Positions 57,501-64,000 of a DNA stretch of 64,000 nt are shown here, piece by piece. Position numbers and translations under genes: made by a program. Each line of letters begins with the position of its first letter. Positions within the stretch are counted from its first letter, which is position 1. The notes under the pieces are model-generated. The model did not search any database and was not told the origin of the DNA. It worked only from the letters and a program-made list of their open reading frames with translations. Origin of the DNA: a virus (Duplodnaviria; Caudoviricetes); IMG/VR virus record IMGVR_UViG_3300035505_000178; one strand, written 5' to 3'.

Positions 57501-59174
57501 GTTACCGTAAGTAGCTTTCAATAATGCTCTACCTTGACTATCTTGAGCATTCATGTCTGTAAGATGAAATCCTAGGATATTCTTACGACCATTAAGCTAA
57601 GTAGTTTTTGAAAGGTTTAAACTAGAAAGAGATACAATATTAAGTTGTCCTGATTTATTTTTAAAAAGAAGTATATTACAATTGTTTAAAGTAGGATTAT
57701 CAACTATTTCCCATTCATAAATAAATTTTTCTTTACCTGTCTCATCATTCTTAATTACTTTTGACTTTTCAAAGTAAGGATAAAAAAATTCATTCAAATA
57801 ACTATTATTGAAACTAGGAAATCCATTACGACGAGCACTTTTAAGTTCAGTTATTATACCTTGTGCGCTTAATGATCCAATATCTGATTTAAGTAAATCG
57901 TCTTTCATAGATTCTACAAAATTATAAACATCTTTGTTTTTAGAACCTCTTGTTGAATCCTCCGTCTAAAATTTAATTCCATTAATTGTTAATGAATAAC
58001 CTGTATCTGGCTATTCTCCTACTTCCCAATACTTCCAATTTTTATCAATGTATTCTTCTATTGTTTGAGTTACACCATCAGCTAAAACATCTTTACCTGG
58101 AAACGCTGTTTTTAACTGTTTATTTATTTTGTCTATAGATTCATCATTTATTTTAATTTCATTAACGGAAGATCTTATAAATCTTTGAGCTTGTTTCATT
58201 TCTTCGTGCATAATGAAAGCTCCATTTTTATGACTATAACATTCAGAAGGATGTACTTTAATATCATCAATACCACTAAAATCAGAATTATAATCGAATA
58301 CTACAGGAACAACATTAAATCTTATATTCTTAGAACTAATTCCGTTATACTAAAGTATTTGACCTAATAATGCAAATTCATGTCTATATTTTTCTTTTTT
58401 AGCTCTATCCCAAAAACTAGGAGCTTCATGAGAAGTTTTAATATTATAAATTTCTAATGATCCATCAGGTTTAATAACTAAATAATCAATGTGTCCTACA
58501 ATTGTTTCATTAGAATCTCCAAGTTTTGCAGTAACATTTAAATTTTTAATTACGTAAGGGGAAGAACTATCTCCAATTTCATGAGATTCCTTTCCATTTT
58601 TTATATATACCTACTTTAAAACGTCATCAGAAATTTCTCTCTAAATCTTTTCAGCTAATGGTTCGAAAGTTGTTCCCTTTGTTAGTTTTTCGGTTTGTGA
58701 ATATGTTCTATTATCTCCTAGAATTATTCTATGAAATTCTTTACCATCGTTACCTATTTGTTTCCAACTTTTCTATATATTGTAAATTCTTTGATTTATT
58801 TCTTCCTAAGATAAACCCTGCTCTGCATATTTAGATTTCATTTTATCTAAAAACTATTCATCATTTAAAACAGGCATAATAGGATTACCTTGAGTATCAT
58901 TATATTTATTAGAATCAATAAACGATTGAAGAGTATAATCAGCCCCTCCTTTTTCAATTTCACTACCATCATCGGTTATATGAGTAACTTTTCTTCCTTC
59001 ATACTCTTCCTTTCCTTTCTTTTTTATCTCTGATAATTTGTCGTATATCTTCTACTATGTATCATCATCTCTAGAATAAAGAATATCATGTAACTTGGAA
59101 GCATCTTCTTTTAATTCTTCTGATAATTCCTAATATGAATATTCCTTGTTATTAAATACATATTTACATTCCAT
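54576..59174 (-). CDS. Giant late/virion (RNAP-module cargo) protein, ~1532 aa, TAG read as sense; PD-(D/E)xK-like segment
   Basis: All six - strand track fragments share one frame; the breaks I inspected are TAG; ATG 59174 is coupled to the upstream TAA; ends TAA 54576; GHIDYLV...IYNIKT motif. Confidence 0.82.
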
Positions 59175-61903
59175 TATTCACAATTTTCTATTATACTTTT
59201 ATTCTTTATTCCTTCAGAAATAGCATTAGTAATTTTTCTTTGTATTTGAGTGCTGTTAAGATTATCATTATTCCATAAACTATCAATTACCGTAGAAAAA
59301 GTTACTTTACTATCTAATTGCTCAGATTTATTTAATCCTTTATTGAAAGAATTAAGAAATCTACTAAAAGTACTTTTAGGTAAAGTAAGAGTATCATTAA
59401 GTTTAGTAATTAATTCATCTGTAAACTTATCTATTTCTTCTTGAGAATTAGTTCTAAAAGCTTCTCCAAAAACTTTACTACTCTACACTTTATTACCTAA
59501 ATGTCTTACTAATTTTTCTTCTAACTTATCGTAATAACTTAGATTCTTATATGTTTCCTAATCAACAACAGAGTCTAGATAACTTAATCTATTCTTACTG
59601 TTATATTTTGAATAAAGTCCTTTTAATAATTTAGTATAAGCTTCGAAATTACGACCTCTTATTATTCCAAACATTACATGTAAAGCTTCATGAATTAAAT
59701 CAGAATCTTTAGCTGTTGTTTGATTTATATAAATTGTATTATTATAAACGAAAGATTTTATTTTTGAAGTATCTTCGTCTTTATCAAATAAAAGTTTGTC
59801 ACTTCCTGCTTCTTTTAATTCTTTCAGCTATTCATCATCAACTATTTCTATTTTCAATCCTTTAAAACGACTCTCAAACGAATCTTTTAAATTCCACAAA
59901 GAGTCTGTAAGACTTTTTACAGGCTTCTTAATATCCTTTCCACTATAATTTATATTTTCTTCTTTATAATGTCTAATGTATGCTTTATATTCCTTATTTG
60001 CAGATTTATACATTTTATCGACTACAAAGAATTTTTTACCAGCATTATTAATATCCTATATTATAGTATTTATTTTAGACATTGTATCCTAAGAAAGGTT
60101 TTCATTATCTTTTAATTCCTACTCTAATTTAGAAATAGATAAATCATTTTGTACCATTGCGTACATAAATGTTCCAACTTGTTCAGGAGTAGTAAAAGAA
60201 GATATGTTTATACCGTATTTTTCATTATAAAATTCTATAATATGATCATATCTATTTTCAATTAAAGCTGAATCAGCAGAAGGAAGAGTAACTTTTTCTT
60301 CTATTTTATAGTTTATACAAGATAACACCTATCCTACTCCTAATGGATAAGATAATGTAATAGTTCTAGTAGCAACTTCGCGCTTGAGATTAACTAACGC
60401 AGCATCATTTACATTCTTATATCTATTAAACGCGTCTATTTGATTCTTACATTTTTCTATAGAATTGAATCTAGGAGCGTCATAAAGATTTGGAGATATA
60501 GGACTAGATGTAATTACATATGTATCTTCGTTTTCAGGAATTTTATAAATATAATATCCGTTATAAGGAGTAGGTTCTTCAACAGTTTTAATTATTGAAT
60601 CCCATCCTAATCCGAATTGAGTTTCTACAGTTTGTCTATTTCTTGACAAATATATTGTACCTTCATCTGTAATATCTCTATATGCAATTGTTCGATTTCC
60701 GTTATTATCTTTTACTACATAAATGTCTCTTTCTTTTCCTCCTATTTTTATAGTATGACCTTTAAAAAATTCTTGTGCTTGTTCTTCTGATAAACTATTA
60801 ATATCAAATTTTTCAGCATCAAGTTGAGTAGAATTTTTTAATTGTTCATTCTTTTCTTTAATTATTTTCTTTATAGTTGCTTTTAATCTTTCAGAAGGAA
60901 CTGGTTTATAACCTTCTTTAATTGCAGTAACACTTTTGATTTCGTATTCACGTAATACAAAATCATTATCAAAATACTATTTTAATTCCTCTGATAATTC
61001 TTCTTGCGACAATTTAAAAAAATTATCTTTAGATTCATATTTCTTTTTAAATTCTTCAAAATTTTCAGATAGTATTTCATAGATTTTACCTTTCTTTATT
61101 TCTTCTAACTTCCAATCTCTAGAATTTTTTCTAAATTCATGAGCTAAGGGAGTATCGTTTTCCATAACTATCTAATCATTTAATTCTCTAAAGAAATTAT
61201 CAATTGTTTGGTTTATGTGTATTTGTTCTCCGTTAATTTCAAGGATTCCTTTATATTCCTAATCTTTTGGAACTTTATATAATGACTTATTATTTAGATA
61301 GTTATTTATAAAGTCTTTAGTTTTATCAAATCCAAAATGTTTAGCTATTGCATTAATTTTAGACTCATATACTTTTTTTAAATGATCATCTTTTATTTCA
61401 TTATTATCAGTTAAAATAGCTTCTGCTTTTTTTCTAGTTCTTTCAGTTTTAGCAAATGCTTTTACGTCATTCTCATTTCTAAATATATATAGTACTGTAT
61501 CTTTTAATCCTTCAACTGGAGTTTCTCCTTTTTTAGTTGAAGGTTTTATTACTATTCGTCCATATAATTTTTCACCATTATACGTTAAACGATCTCGTAA
61601 CAGATAATGATAAGGTTGATCTATACTGTCTATATCAGAAAATACATCTGGATATAATGATTTTAAATCGTCGAAAGAAGCATTAGGAAATATTCCAAAT
61701 TTAAGAAAGTTACTTTTATCTGTAATGCTAATTGTCTTTCTAGATGATTGTAAATCATTTATTATTTGTCTTAATTCTCCTCTTTTATTTTCATTCAGAA
61801 ACTTAATAATATCATCAAGAGACTCCAGCTCAACTTGGCTAGAGTCTCTTGTTATATTTATAACATTACCGTTTCCGACTTCTAAGATAATGTCACATTT
61901 CAT
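59174..61903 (-). CDS. Late/virion protein ~909 aa with zincin HExxH, TAG read as sense
   Basis: Five track fragments in one frame; LIHEALHV near 59670-59700; ends ...IIENCE-TAA. Confidence 0.82.
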
Positions 61904-61907
61904 TAAA

Positions 61908-64000
61908 TTAACAATTTTTATAAATTAATAGTCTTCCTTGACGTATAAATCTAATTAAAGTATTTACTTGTCCTCTTAAATCGTAGTCTCCACTTTCAGT
62001 AAACAAATTTCTATTAGTAATTTTATTATGTAAATTCTAGAAAGAATATAACGATTCATCAAGATAACGTTTGAGTCTTTGTAATCTCTCACCTTCTGTT
62101 AATCCAGATCCTTCCAAATTAAGAGGGTATCCATTAAATACATAAGTAAATCCGTTCTTTCCGTCTTTAATTCTTTTAAATATTCTAATTCCGTTTGTTT
62201 GATCTGATACTTTAACATAAGGTTCAGTTCTATAAATAAGAGATCTTTCAGAATAAACAGTAGGAGCTATATAAACTAAGAAATCAGTTGTAGAATCCTT
62301 ATCATTCTCATCAGTAATCATGTCAATGATAGAATCACTCAATTCTTTAGAATCTTGTTTTCCAAGATACTAATAATATTTATATAATTCAGTTCCAGGT
62401 GTAACAGATTCTGAGAATAAAGCTGTTAAAAACTTACCACCTAATTTGTTATTATTAACAGCTAAATTATATAGCATTAATATATCAGCAATTGAATAGT
62501 CTCCATTAAATAATTCAGGATGATCTTTAGTTGATTCCTTTAATTCATTTAATGCAACTAAGTATTTATCCATTGTTTTACGATTCGAAAAGCTATCATC
62601 TATAGTAGATAAATCCAATTTAGTTTTTAATATAGTAATTCCTTTATAAGAAGTAAGAACTAAATCTTTAACTAAATCGTTGTCTCCATATTTACTTCTT
62701 AAATAATCCAATAACTTTGTTTCAACAAAGTTCTTTAATGAATCTATTCCGTTTAAAGTATTTAAAAATATTTCGGATGCTGGCTATTCATCATATTCTG
62801 GTGTAAATTTAAATGTATCATCAAATCCTTTTAGACTAAGAGGTTTGTCTTTAGATAAGAAATATGATAGAACTATTACTTTGTCAGCATAATCGTTTAT
62901 TTTTTTAAATAAAGCGTCATCATTTTTCATATAAGTTAGCGTAGGATTCTCAAGAACTCTATCAATAATTTTAGCTTTTACAGAAAACTATCTACGTTGC
63001 TATAATGTATAATTAAGTAAATCTAAAATCTTGCTATAATGAGGAATCCTAGTTACTATATCTAAAACATTCCAATTGGATTTTATAAGATTAAAATATT
63101 TACTAGCTAATTCTCTATATGAAACTTGGTCACTATCAGAAGCTCTACTTGAATAATAAGTATTCGTTTCAGGAAGATATACTTTATCATTATTCAAAAA
63201 TTTATATAAATCAAAATTACCAAGCAATTTAGTTCTAGCTGCATCAATTAAGATTTCTCTTATTTCGTCATAAGTTAATTCTGGATTATTAGCAACAATA
63301 TTATTAATTACATTCTAATATTTTGTAACTAACTTACTATCATCTCCAGATACATTTCCTTGATCATCCATAGATTGAAGAATTTTAATGATTTGTTCAT
63401 AATTCTCTTCACTCTCTGAATATATACCCATTGCATTCTCTCTTCCTGAAACTGTTCCGTTCATCTTTTTTATTAACTTAGTTAATAAAATATCTGTTTG
63501 AGGAATACCTTGATTAAGTTTTAACCAAGTAGATGCTAAGTCAGAAGTTTCATTCGCTTGTTTAGTTACACTTTCAAATTCTGTTAAGTCTTCCGAAAAA
63601 TTAGTTCCGTCATAGTTACCAACTCTATCATTTTCAGATTGAATAGCACTATTAATTTCAGATACTAAATTATTAATCATAGAGAAAGCATAATTAACAG
63701 ACATATTGTTTGTATCAGTTGGTAACTAAGTTCCTTCTAACTTCTCCATTTCATCTGACTAAGATCTTCCTGTATTAGCTAAAATGTATGCTTGTAAAAA
63801 TTCTCCAAATGTATTAGCTTTATATTTACTTCGTAAATCTGGAATGTATTGAAATACCCATTTTAATTTATCATTAACTGTTCTATCAATTTCTCCAGAT
63901 TCTAACAAAGCTATCTAACGTTCTGTTTCATATTCTTCAAGAAGTATTCTTTCTTCATAACTCATTCTAGGTGAAATTAAAATTCCAGTTAAATCGATGT
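61908..64000 (-). CDS. C-terminal part of a giant late protein (possibly the virion RNA polymerase), TAG read as sense
   Basis: Four track fragments in one frame; ends ...LIYKNC-TAA; no catalytic motif in the window, so identity is inferred from position. Confidence 0.7.

Noticed and set aside
58185-61928. + strand ORFs 58185, 59250, 61725
   Set aside because: Antisense shadows of the recoded late genes.
54576-64000. Pseudogene or frameshifted interpretation of the fragmented - strand ORFs
   Set aside because: Fragments stay in frame, the breaks inspected are TAG, and a suppressor tRNA is present.

Overview
AT-rich segment of a crAss-like phage (Crassvirales; probable Bacteroidales host; the gene set resembles the TAG-recoding delta/Suoliviridae type, which is inference). 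Bases 1-54476 are a + strand early/replication/metabolism arm. It holds many small paralogous hypothetical genes, a GH73 lysin-like gene and a ~2.6 kb tRNA/ncRNA cluster (9.9-12.6 kb) with an amber (CUA) suppressor. It also encodes RNase H, SF2/SF4/SF1 helicases, SSB, primase, resolvase, exonuclease, NrdD/NrdG, dUTPase, DNA ligase, Thg1, sigma-70, thioredoxin, ThyX and a family-B DNA polymerase split at its catalytic NT^DG motif by an ORF-less group I intron. Bases 54576-64000 are the convergent late arm: the short - strand ORF fragments merge into three giant virion/RNAP-module genes if TAG is read as sense (probably Gln). The most novel-looking signal is in the tRNA cluster. Five tRNA-like elements keep acceptor and T arms but have broken anticodon arms (one appears circularly permuted). 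They are interleaved with repeated units of a variable anti-start-codon segment plus a conserved covarying GYGA hairpin, which suggests a tRNA-punctuated small antisense-RNA array. Also notable are a coiled-coil gene followed by a structured RNA with hexamer repeats, and an amber codon at codon 5 of the resolvase. All calls were made by eye; no database searches were run.
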